From an uncultured delta proteobacterium (GTDB lineage: Bacteria > Myxococcota > Myxococcia > Myxococcales > Myxococcaceae), in the NCBI GenBank assembly GCA_963771175.1, contig CAVYSY010000014.1, forward strand, positions 1 through 28,799: DNA of 28,799 bases, in the 5' to 3' direction. Made by a program: the position numbers and the translations under genes. Below, in pieces: positions 6,918 to 15,412 of the stretch (the stretch's first letter is position 1; the number at the start of each line of letters is the position of its first letter). The notes under the pieces are model-generated. The model worked only from the letters and a program-made list of their open reading frames with translations, ran no database searches and was not told the DNA's origin.

Positions 6918-9284
6918 ATGAAGTGGCCGCTCGTGGCCGCCCTCTGGGTGGCGCCCGCCTGGGCCGAGCCACCCGCTCCGAAGGAAGACATCTCCAATCT
7001 CGCCGAGAGCGCCTCGTCCCGGCACCAACTGGACTCGTCGCTGGACAATGACAGCGAGGAGACCCCGCCCGAGTTCACCATCGGACCCTCGGAGCCCGTG
7101 GCCCCCGGCGAGCGCCGCTGGGTGCGCAAGTTCGAGCGCGCGGACCTCTCCTCCTATTTCGCCGAGGGCGAGCTCGCCAAGGCCAAGGCCGCGTATGACC
7201 GGGGCCGCTACCGCACCGCGCGCCAGTTGCTGGAGACCCAGGACGCCACGCCGCCGGTGCGCTACCTCCGGGCGATGAGCGCCCTGCGCATGGGCCAGTG
7301 GCTCCTGGGGGCCGAAGAGCTCGCGTCGCTCGCGGAGGCCCACCCGCCCCTGCGGGACTACTGCCACTTCGAGTCGGCGCGCGCCTACGAGCGGATGCGC
7401 AAGTGGACCGAGGCCCTCCAGCAGTACGCCGCCGTGTCTTCCGGGGCGCGGCGCTACGAGGAGGCCCGCTTCGGCATGGCGTACATCCTCGAGAAGAAGA
7501 AGCAGGACTACGCCGGGGCCGTGGCGGCGCTCACGCCCATCGTCCAGACGGAGTCGCCCAAGCCCAACAACCCCGCGCAGTCCGAGGCGTGGCTGACCAT
7601 CGCCCGGCTGGCGCGCTACCAGGCCGACTACAACGGAGAGCACCGCGCGCACCTCGCGGTGTGGGCGCTGCACCCCTTCTCCAGGGAGGTCTCCGCGGCC
7701 GTGAAGGGCCTGCGTGACTTGCCCTACGTGCCCAAGTGGAAGGTGGCGCGCGCCGAGACGCTGCTCTCCCTGCACCACAACCGCGAGGCGTTGGACCTGC
7801 TGGAGAAGCTGCTACCGAAGATGGAGCTGCCGGACCCGCTCGCCTGCCGCGCGCACTTCGCGTACGGCACGGCCTGGCGCAAGGAGCGCAAGCACTCGCT
7901 GGCCATCCGCGCGCTGCGGCCCGTCATCGAGCAGTGCCAGGACGCGGCGCTCCGCCCTCGCGCGCTGTTCGTGCTGGGCTACTCGGAGTCGGTGGTGGAG
8001 CCGGAGTCCTCCATCGGCACCTACCTGAAGCTGGCGCAGGAGTACCCGGAGCACATGTACGCGGATGACGCGCTCTTCTACGCGGCGCACAAGGCGCTGG
8101 AGCGTGGGGAGAAGGCCGCGGCCATGGGCTACCTCGACCGGCTCATCGCCCACTACCCGACGAGCAACTTCGCGGCCGAGGCCCTCTTCCAGCGCTTCTG
8201 GGTGTACCACGCCGAGGGCCAGCACGACGCGGCGCTCGAGGCGCTCTCGCGCATCGAGGCGCTCCAGGGCATGGGCTCCACGCACGAGTCGGTGCAGCGC
8301 GCCCGCTACTGGCGCTCGCGCACGCTGCTGACGCTGGGCCGCGCCGAGGAGGCCCACACGCTGATGGAGCGGGTGGCGGCCGAGGGGGCGGCCACGTGGT
8401 ACGGGCTGCTGGCGCGCTCGCGCCTGACGCACGAGGCCCCGGAGCGGGCCCGCGCCATCACCGCGCGGCTGAAGACGCCCCTGAGCCTCACCGAGGTCTG
8501 GCCGCTGGATGCGGGCAACCTCGCGCAGGATCCGCACTTCCTCACGGGCATCGAGCTGCTGCGGCTGGAGCACCGGGAGGCGCCCGCGGAGCTGCTCGCA
8601 GTGGACCGCCGGGGCCGCAACGAGGAGTCCATCCGGCTCCTCTTCCATATCCTCCACACCTCCGGCTACGAGCGCCATGCGCGCTCCATCGCCTGGGCCC
8701 TGCGGCGCGAGGGGCTGACGGCGCCCACCGAGGCCGAGACGCGCCTCATCTACTCGGCGGCCTATCCGCACAGCTTCCGGAACCTGGTGGTACGGCACAG
8801 CCGGGCGGCCCGGGTGAACCCGGACCTGATGCAGGCCCTCATCCGCGAAGAGAGCGCCTTCAACCCCAACGCGCGCTCGCCCACCGGAGCGCTGGGGCTC
8901 GCGCAGCTCATGCCGCAGACGGCCTTCGCGGTGGCCCGCCAGCTCAACGTGCCGCTGGCCACGCCCACGGCGCTGCTCCAGCCCCAAGAGAACATCCGCC
9001 TCGGCTCGGCGTACCTGGGCAGCCTGCAGCGGCGCTTCGCGGGCAACCCGGCCTACGCGGTGGCCAGCTACAACGCCGGCCCCGGCGCGGTGGACCGCTG
9101 GCTGTCGCGCTTCCCCGATGCCGAGCTGGACGAGTGGGTGGAGCAGATTCCGATCGAGGAGACGCGCCTCTATGTCAAGCGCGTGCTCGGCAGCGCCGCG
9201 ACGTACCAGCTCCTCTATGCCTCGGGTCCCTTCCCCACCCTGGCCTTCGGGGAGCGAGGCTCTAATAATGCGGGCTCTCGCTGA
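6918..9284 (+). CDS. Secreted TPR-repeat soluble lytic transglycosylase (Slt70-like)
   Basis: Signal peptide MKWPLVAALWVAPAWA, TPR-like helices, C-terminal SLT motifs IREESAF, GALGLAQLMP, ASYNAGPG, ETRLYVKRV. An alternative in-frame start exists at 6858. Confidence 0.9.
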   Translation: MKWPLVAALWVAPAWAEPPAPKEDISNLAESASSRHQLDSSLDNDSEETPPEFTIGPSEPVAPGERRWVRKFERADLSSYFAEGELAKAKAAYDRGRYRTARQLLETQDATPPVRYLRAMSALRMGQWLLGAEELASLAEAHPPLRDYCHFESARAYERMRKWTEALQQYAAVSSGARRYEEARFGMAYILEKKKQDYAGAVAALTPIVQTESPKPNNPAQSEAWLTIARLARYQADYNGEHRAHLAVWALHPFSREVSAAVKGLRDLPYVPKWKVARAETLLSLHHNREALDLLEKLLPKMELPDPLACRAHFAYGTAWRKERKHSLAIRALRPVIEQCQDAALRPRALFVLGYSESVVEPESSIGTYLKLAQEYPEHMYADDALFYAAHKALERGEKAAAMGYLDRLIAHYPTSNFAAEALFQRFWVYHAEGQHDAALEALSRIEALQGMGSTHESVQRARYWRSRTLLTLGRAEEAHTLMERVAAEGAATWYGLLARSRLTHEAPERARAITARLKTPLSLTEVWPLDAGNLAQDPHFLTGIELLRLEHREAPAELLAVDRRGRNEESIRLLFHILHTSGYERHARSIAWALRREGLTAPTEAETRLIYSAAYPHSFRNLVVRHSRAARVNPDLMQALIREESAFNPNARSPTGALGLAQLMPQTAFAVARQLNVPLATPTALLQPQENIRLGSAYLGSLQRRFAGNPAYAVASYNAGPGAVDRWLSRFPDAELDEWVEQIPIEETRLYVKRVLGSAATYQLLYASGPFPTLAFGERGSNNAGSR

Positions 9285-9292
9285 GCCCGCCT

Positions 9293-10096
9293 ATGTCCAT
9301 TGACGAGATCCACGAGTCCAACACCCAGTTCCAAGGCGCCTGGCGCTTCTTCGCCCGGAGCAGTGCAGCCGGTGAGGTGCTCGACCTGCCCGAGGTCCGC
9401 ATCGCGTCGAGCAACGTCTCCTGGTCGATGATGAACGCGGCCTTCCTCCCCTCCCCGGTGGAGACGGAGGAGGCCCTGGAGCGGGCGGCGGCCACCGCCG
9501 CGAGCTACTTCGTACCCAAGGGGCGAGGCTGGATGCTCGCCCTGTGTGAGGACCAGGTGCCCCCGCGGTTGAGGACTCGGGCCGGGGAGCTCTTCGCCGT
9601 GCACGGGCTGAAGCTGGCCCTCGTGGCAACGGGCATGGTGGCCGAGCGCCTCGCGCCAGCCCTCCGCCCCCTGCCGGCGATGGAGATCCGCCAGGCGACG
9701 GACTCGGCCGGGCGGAGCCACCTCGCGGACATCAACGCCCGCTGTTACGACATGCCGCTCGCCGTGGGGCGCGAGGCCTTCGACGTGCCGGCCCTCTTCG
9801 AAGGAGACAGCAAGGGCTACGTCGGCTTCCGCCAGGAAGAGGCCGCCAGCACCGCGGCCGTCATCCGGGTGGATGACGTGGCCTACATCTCGATGGTGGC
9901 CACCCTGCCCGCGCACCAGCGACTCGGCTGCGCCGAGGCCGTCATGCGCCGGGCGCTCGACGAGGCGAAGCGTGCCTGGGGAATCGAGCGGACGGTGCTG
10001 CACGCCACGCCAGCGGGGCTCCCCGTGTACCACCGCATGGGCTACCAGCCCGTGACGCGCTTCCACTTCTACATGGCCGCGCCCTCGGACCAGTGA
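9293..10096 (+). CDS. GNAT family N-acetyltransferase
   Basis: C-terminal VATLPAHQRLGCA (motif A) and LHATPAGLPVYHRMGY; starts 8 bp after the SLT stop. Confidence 0.85.
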   Translation: MSIDEIHESNTQFQGAWRFFARSSAAGEVLDLPEVRIASSNVSWSMMNAAFLPSPVETEEALERAAATAASYFVPKGRGWMLALCEDQVPPRLRTRAGELFAVHGLKLALVATGMVAERLAPALRPLPAMEIRQATDSAGRSHLADINARCYDMPLAVGREAFDVPALFEGDSKGYVGFRQEEAASTAAVIRVDDVAYISMVATLPAHQRLGCAEAVMRRALDEAKRAWGIERTVLHATPAGLPVYHRMGYQPVTRFHFYMAAPSDQ

Positions 10097-10102
10097 GCCG
10101 GC

Positions 10103-10966
10103 TCAGCGGATGGCGCCAGGCAGCGCGAGCTCGCCCTGCAGCTCACGCAGCTTCGTCTGGATGGCACGGGCGTTGGCGGGCCCCATGCGCAGCAGGTGCT
10201 TCTGGGCGGTGCTGAGCTGCTCCAGCTCCGGGGCCGCGTAGGTGTAGTTGACCCCCGGCGTGTCCACCACCTCCAGGTCCCCCTCGGGCACCGGGGTGTC
10301 GAGCAGCTTCTGGATGGCGTTGGCGAGCGTCTGGTCGAAGCGCTGACCGGGGCGACTGATCTCCATGTACGCATCGTTGATGAGCGGCTTGAGGGTCTTG
10401 TACGTCCGCGCACTGGCCTGCGTATCGAGCGAGGCGAAGACGCGCGCCACGGTGTCATAGCGGGCGAAGCTCTCGGGGGCGATGACGGTGCGGCCGTCGC
10501 GCTCGACGACCTGGAAGGCCCCCTGGGGCGCCATGAACGAGAGCGCGGCGCGAGGGCTCTCACCCTCGGCGATGTTGCCAATGGCCGAGGTGAAGCGCCG
10601 GACGAGATCCTCGGTGGAGGCGAGCCACTTCCGCAGCTCGGGCTCGGCGGACAGCGGGTCCACGAGCTCGCGCACGCGGACATCGCTCTGTCCCAGCGCC
10701 GGCAGGTTCGGGTCGCGGGGCTCGGACGCCGCGTCGGTGGAGGGAGCCGGAGCCTCGGCCACGGGCGGGGCGGGAGGCGTGGCCGGAGCGGTAGCGGTCG
10801 GCTCCTCGACGCCACGCAGGAAATAGACGAGGAGAATCAGGACGCCCACCGCCACGAGGACGCCGACGGCCACGAGGACGCGATTGCGCGGGGAAGCAGG
10901 TGGAGGCGGAGGTGCGCCGAAGGATTCGCCGACGGGTGTGCCTCGAGGCGGCTGCGCTTCGCTCAT
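10103..10966 (-). CDS. DUF3014-like membrane-anchored protein
   Basis: Single N-terminal TM helix, Pro-rich linker, LPALGQSD, RRF...NIAEG, SFARYD, LEQLSTAQKHLLRMGPANAR; GGAGG SD. Confidence 0.8.
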   Translation of the reverse strand: MSEAQPPRGTPVGESFGAPPPPPASPRNRVLVAVGVLVAVGVLILLVYFLRGVEEPTATAPATPPAPPVAEAPAPSTDAASEPRDPNLPALGQSDVRVRELVDPLSAEPELRKWLASTEDLVRRFTSAIGNIAEGESPRAALSFMAPQGAFQVVERDGRTVIAPESFARYDTVARVFASLDTQASARTYKTLKPLINDAYMEISRPGQRFDQTLANAIQKLLDTPVPEGDLEVVDTPGVNYTYAAPELEQLSTAQKHLLRMGPANARAIQTKLRELQGELALPGAIR

Positions 10967-11012
10967 GACTCCTCCAGAAGGGTGTGTCGGGTGGAACGCA
11001 TCGACCCCCCGA

Positions 11013-12612
11013 CTATTTCCCAGATGTGGGGGGAATCGCCGCCACGTACTGCTCCAACCGGGTGATGCCCAGCTTCTTCATCCGGCTCTGCAGCGTGGAG
11101 GGTTTGAGACCCAACAGCGCCGCCGCGCCTCCCGGGCCGTAGATGCGGCCCTGCGTCAGCGTCAGCACGCGCAGGATGTGCTGGCGCTGCACCTCCTCCA
11201 GCGTGGGCACCGCGCCCTCGACCAGCGGCGGAGCCTCCACCGACGCCTTCATCCCCGACACGCGGATGGGCAGGTCGAACGCCTCCGCGCCGAGCTCCGG
11301 CTTGCGCGACAGGATGGTGGCCCGCTCCAGCGCGTTGGCCAGCTCGCGGATGTTGCCCGGCCAGTCATACGCCGCCAGCCGCGCCAGTCCCTCCGGCGTC
11401 ACCTTCATCCCCCGCCGCCCGGTGCGCCTCGCCTGCTCCTCCAGGAGGAACGCGCAGAGCGGGGGCAGGTCCTCCAGCCGCTCGCGCAACGGCGGCAGCC
11501 GCAGCGGGAAGACACTCAGCCGGTAATAGAGGTCCTCCCGGAAACGCCGCTGGGAGATGGCCTGCTGCAGGTCCACGTGCGTGGCCGCCAGGATCCGCAC
11601 GTCCGCGCGCACCGTCCGGTCGCTCCCCACCGGCTCGAAGGTCTTCTCCTGCAGCGCGCGGAGCAGCTTGGCCTGCAGCTCCACCGGAAGCTCACCCACC
11701 TCGTCCAGGAAGAGCGTGCCCCCGTGCGCCATCTGGAAGCGCCCTGCCCTGTCGCGCGTGGCCCCGGTGAAGGCCCCCTTCACATGGCCGAAGAGCTCGC
11801 TCTCCAGCAGCCCCGCGGGAATGGCCGCGCAGTTGAGCGTCACGAAGGCGCCCTCCGCCCGCGCGCTCCAGCGGTGGACGGCCCGCGCCAGCCGCTCCTT
11901 GCCCGTGCCCGTCTCACCCAGCAGCAGCACCGGCGTGTCCGTCTCCGCCACCTGCCGCGCCCGCCGCGCCAGCTCGCGCACCGCCGGGCTCCGGGACGGC
12001 CTCCAGCACCCCCACCTCGTCCCCGCCGAGCTGCGCCTCCAGCAGCCGCGCGTGCTCGTGCTCCCGCCGGTGCAACCGCTCGAAGGCGCTCTTCTGCTCG
12101 GCCTGCTGGAGCGCGGTGGCCAGCATCTGCCCGTACACCTCCACCAGCTCCACCACCGCCCGCGGGTACGTCTCGCACTCCGTCCGGTCCAGCGTCAGCA
12201 GCCCGTAGCAGCTCTCCCCCGCGCACAGCGGCACCACCATGCACGAGTGCCCCGGCGGCAGGTCCAACACCCCATCGAAGGGGTCCCCATCTCCGTGCGC
12301 GTGCTCCTCCTCGGTGAAGGCCCGCGCCCGGCGCGTCTCCAGCGCCTGGCGCAGCGAGGGGAAGTCCGCCAGCTTCAGCTCGTGGCGCCGCACCTTCTCC
12401 GTGGCCAGCGGACCCCGCGCGGCCACCGACACCAGCTTCCCTTCTCGCAACAAGAAGATGGTGGCCAGGTCGAAGCTCGCCACCCGGTGGAGCCAGTCCA
12501 GCCCCCGGCGCAGCAGCTCCCCCACCGTCTCTTCCGAGGTCGCCAGCTCGATCAGGTCTCGGGCCTCCGTCCGGAGCTCGGCCCGTGTCACGGAAACGAT
12601 GTCATTCGCCAT
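11013..12612 (-). CDS. GAF-AAA+-HTH sigma-54 activator, NorR-like (probable PexR-type peroxide regulator); one +1 frameshift near 12000
   Basis: GAF with DPFDG...HSC...[71 protein letters not shown]. Span 1600 bp = 533 codons + 1 extra base. Confidence 0.88.
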
Positions 12613-12637
12613 GCGTCCCTATAGATAACCGGAGCGC

Positions 12638-12677
12638 CACCGAAATGTCAGTGGCGTCCGGCACCGATATTTCGGTA
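12638..12677. promoter_or_regulatory. Two related dyad sites, candidate enhancer for the GAF EBP
   Basis: CACCGAAATGTCAGTG (12638-12653) and CACCGATATTTCGGTA (12662-12677); about 75-110 bp upstream of the -24 box. Confidence 0.7.
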
Positions 12678-12749
12678 TGCACCGGTCCAGCGGCGCCAGC
12701 CAAGGAGTGGGGAGGAGTCAACCCTCTGGAATCACAGGCGATGTTTCCT

Positions 12750-12765
12750 TGGCACGGACGCTGCT
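12750..12765 (+). promoter_or_regulatory. Sigma-54 promoter of ahpC-ahpD-dps
   Basis: TGGCACGGACGCTGCT; perfect -24 box TGGCACG and a correctly spaced GC at -12. Confidence 0.8.
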
Positions 12766-12835
12766 CAAGGTAGTACGCGAAGAAACCCTGTCCGGTCTGC
12801 CAGCAGGCAGGCCTCAACCCCCAAGGAGTCGAAAA

Positions 12836-13391
12836 ATGCTGACCGTTGGAGACAAGCTTCCCGCTTTCAATGTGACGGGTGTGGTGAGCCTCGAGAAGGG
12901 CAAGGAGTTCAAGGAGATCAACCAGGACTCCTACAAGGGCCAGTGGCTGGTCCTCTTCTTCTGGCCGAAGGACTTCACCTTCATCTGCCCGACGGAGATC
13001 GCCGAGTTCGGCAAGCGCAACAAGGACTTCCACGACCGCGACGCGCAGGTGCTCGGCGTGAGCACCGACAGCGAGTACGTGCACCACGCGTGGCGCACGC
13101 ACCACCCGGACCTGAAGAACCTGCCCTTCCCGATGCTGGCCGACATCAAGCGCGAGCTGAGCACCAGCCTGGGCGTGCTGCACAAGGACGCGGGCGTGGC
13201 GCTGCGCGCGACCTTCATCGTGGATCCCCGAGGGCATCATCCGGCACGTGTCGGTGAACGACCTGTCCGTGGGCCGCAACGTGGGCGAGACCCTGCGCAC
13301 CCTGGACGCGTTCCAGACGGACGAGCTGTGCCCCTGCAACTGGCAGAAGGGTGAGGAGACGCTCACCAAGAAGCTGGCGAAGGCGGGGTAA
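12836..13391 (+). CDS. ahpC: Alkyl hydroperoxide reductase C (2-Cys peroxiredoxin); +1 frameshift at the CCCC run near 13227
   Basis: FWPKDFTFICPTE, GVSTDS, RATFIVDP; the shifted frame continues GIIRHVSVNDLSVGRN...DELCPCNW. AAGGAG SD. Confidence 0.93.
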
Positions 13392-13397
13392 AGCACC

Positions 13398-13926
13398 ATG
13401 GCCGACGCTCGAAGACATCCGCGGTGAGCTGGCGGAGGCCCACAAGGACACCCGCCTCAACCTCCAGTCCGTCCTCGAGGTGGAGAGCCTCACCCCCGAG
13501 CAGCGCTGGGGTGTGGCCGTGGGGTGTGCCTACGCGGCTCGCAACGAGAAGCTGAAGGAAGCCATTCTCCACGAGGCGCGTACGGCCCTGGGCAACACGG
13601 CCGATGCGGTCATCGAGGACGCGCGCGCCGCGGCCTCGCTGATGGCGATGAACAACGTCTACTACCGGTTCCGCCACATGGTGGAGAAGGAGGCCTACGC
13701 CACCAAGCGGCCTGGCCTGCGGATGAACCGGATGATGCAGGTGCTCACCAACAAGGTGGACTTCGAGCTCGTCTGCCTGGCGGTCAGCGCCATCAACGGC
13801 TGCGAGACGTGCGTGCAGTCCCACGAGAAGGTCGTCCTCGAGGGCGGCCTCACCGAGGACCAGGTGCACGACGCGGTTCGCATCGCGGCGGTCATCCACG
13901 CCGCGGCGGTGGGCCTCGAGTCGTAG
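13398..13926 (+). CDS. ahpD: Alkyl hydroperoxidase AhpD; +1 frameshift right after the start codon
   Basis: KDTRLNL, LMAMNNVYYRFRH, FELVCLAVSAINGCETCVQSHE (CxxC); directly follows ahpC. Confidence 0.92.
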
Positions 13927-13950
13927 GCGTTCCGCTTCACGCTGGCATCA

Positions 13951-13992
13951 GACGCGCCCTCCGGTGGAAACGCCGGGGGGCGCGTCACTTTC
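13951..13992 (+). terminator. Strong hairpin between ahpD and dps (partial terminator or stabiliser)
   Basis: GACGCGCCCTCCGG / CCGGGGGGCGCGTC stem followed by a short ACTTTC tail. Confidence 0.55.
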
Positions 13993-14042
13993 AGGCGGTC
14001 CGCATCCCATCTCCCAGAAGGACACGCGAAAGGAACGAACGC

Positions 14043-14522
14043 ATGTACCGAAGCCCGAGCCCCCTCTCCGAGCAGTCCCGCTCCGCCATCTCCGCCACGC
14101 TCAACGAGCGCCTCGCGGACGGCCTGGACCTGCACAGCCAGATCAAGGTCGCCCACTGGAACATCAAGGGCCCGCAGTTCGCCGCGCTCCACCCGCTCTT
14201 CGAGACCTTCGCGGTGAGCCTGGCCAACCACAACGACTGCCATCGCCGAGCGCGCGGTGACGCTGGGCGGCAGGGCCTACGGCACCACCCGCCACGTGGC
14301 GAAGACGAGCCGCCTGCCGGACTACCCGCAGGAGACGTCGCAGCGACCTGGAGCACGTGCGGCTGCTGGCCGAGCGCATCGAGTCCTACCTGGACGGCCT
14401 GCGCGAGACGCCGCAAGGTGGCCGAGCGAGCACCAGGACACGGACACGTGGACCTGTTCACCGGCATCATCACCGAGTTCGAGAAGCACGCCTGGTTCCT
14501 GCGCGCCTCGCTCGAGAGCTGA
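14043..14522 (+). CDS. dps: Dps family DNA-protection/ferroxidase protein; several frameshifts at about 14240-14450
   Basis: KVAHWNIKGPQFAALHPLFE, IAER, DLFTGIITEFEKHAWFLRASL across frames; AAGGAA SD. Confidence 0.9.
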   Translation: MYRSPSPLSEQSRSAISATLNERLADGLDLHSQIKVAHWNIKGPQFAALHPLFETFAVSLANHNDCHRRARGDAGRQGLRHHPPRGEDEPPAGLPAGDVAATWSTCGCWPSASSPTWTACARRRKVAERAPGHGHVDLFTGIITEFEKHAWFLRASLES

Positions 14523-14635
14523 GGCGGTGAGCCGGCGGGCTCTGTCCGCTGGTTGATGCAGGACCCTGCTGGGCTGATGGGCCTTCCGGTGGCCGGGCTA
14601 TGCTCTCCGTCACAGTCAATGCGAGGAGCCACGTC

Positions 14636-15292
14636 ATGTCAGGCCGCGATTCACCCCGTCCCCAGGACGTGCCACCCGAGAGACGGGAGCAGGGCGCCCC
14701 AGGCATCCAGGCGGTAGGAGCGGCGGCGGACAGCGCCTCCGCCCCGGAGCACACCCACAAGCGCCCGCTCAACGCCCTGGAGGTGCAGGTGCTGCGCGGG
14801 GTGTTCGGCGATGGCATCTCCTACGGGCCCGTGCGCCTGGTGCGGATGGCCCCCTTCATCTCCCAGCTCAATGGCTCCCGGGCCTTCGTGCTGGGCAACA
14901 CCCTGAACCTGCCCGAGCGGGAGTTCATCGCCATCTCGCGGGGAGAGCACCTGGACCTGCTCGTCCACGAAGCCACCCACATCTGGCAGTACCAGCACCA
15001 GGGCTGGGGCTACGTCGCCGACGCGCTCTGGGCCCAGGCGTTCGGGGACGGCTACGACTATGTGAAGGCCCTGCGCGCCGGAAAGCCCTGGCGGAAGATG
15101 AACCCCGAGCAGCAGGCCCAGATGCTCCAGGACGCCTTCCGGGGCGGGTACTTCGACGCCCCCGGCGCGCGCTTCGGCGTGGTGGGCAACACCGGCACGG
15201 TCGTCCCTCCCGGCGAGGCGCCTCCCGACGGCTTCTCCGATTTCACCTCCGTCCTCGCCGCCGCCGTGGAGCAGCTCCAAAAGCCCGCCTGA
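14636..15292 (+). CDS. DUF4157-like (eCIS-core-like) HExxH zinc-metallopeptidase-fold protein
   Basis: RPLNALE...VFGDGISYGPVRL, RAFVLGNTL, LLVHEATHIWQ, NPEQQA; GAGGAG SD. Confidence 0.7.
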   Translation: MSGRDSPRPQDVPPERREQGAPGIQAVGAAADSASAPEHTHKRPLNALEVQVLRGVFGDGISYGPVRLVRMAPFISQLNGSRAFVLGNTLNLPEREFIAISRGEHLDLLVHEATHIWQYQHQGWGYVADALWAQAFGDGYDYVKALRAGKPWRKMNPEQQAQMLQDAFRGGYFDAPGARFGVVGNTGTVVPPGEAPPDGFSDFTSVLAAAVEQLQKPA

Positions 15293-15412
15293 ATCCCCTT
15301 TTTCAAGGCCAGCAAAAGAATCCACCAAAATTGACATTTGAGAATACCTCGTCGTCTCCTGGACTGGGTGGTGGGTGGGTCACTGGGACTGAAGCGTGGA
15401 GACGGCGGAGTC

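Noticed and set aside
12836..14522. ahpC/ahpD/dps as pseudogenes or programmed frameshifts
   Set aside because: All catalytic motifs and regulatory sites are intact, there are no slippery-site signals, and the indels match the window-wide error pattern.
15331..15336. Perfect TTGACA upstream of the STAND gene
   Set aside because: No -10-like hexamer at 16-18 bp spacing.
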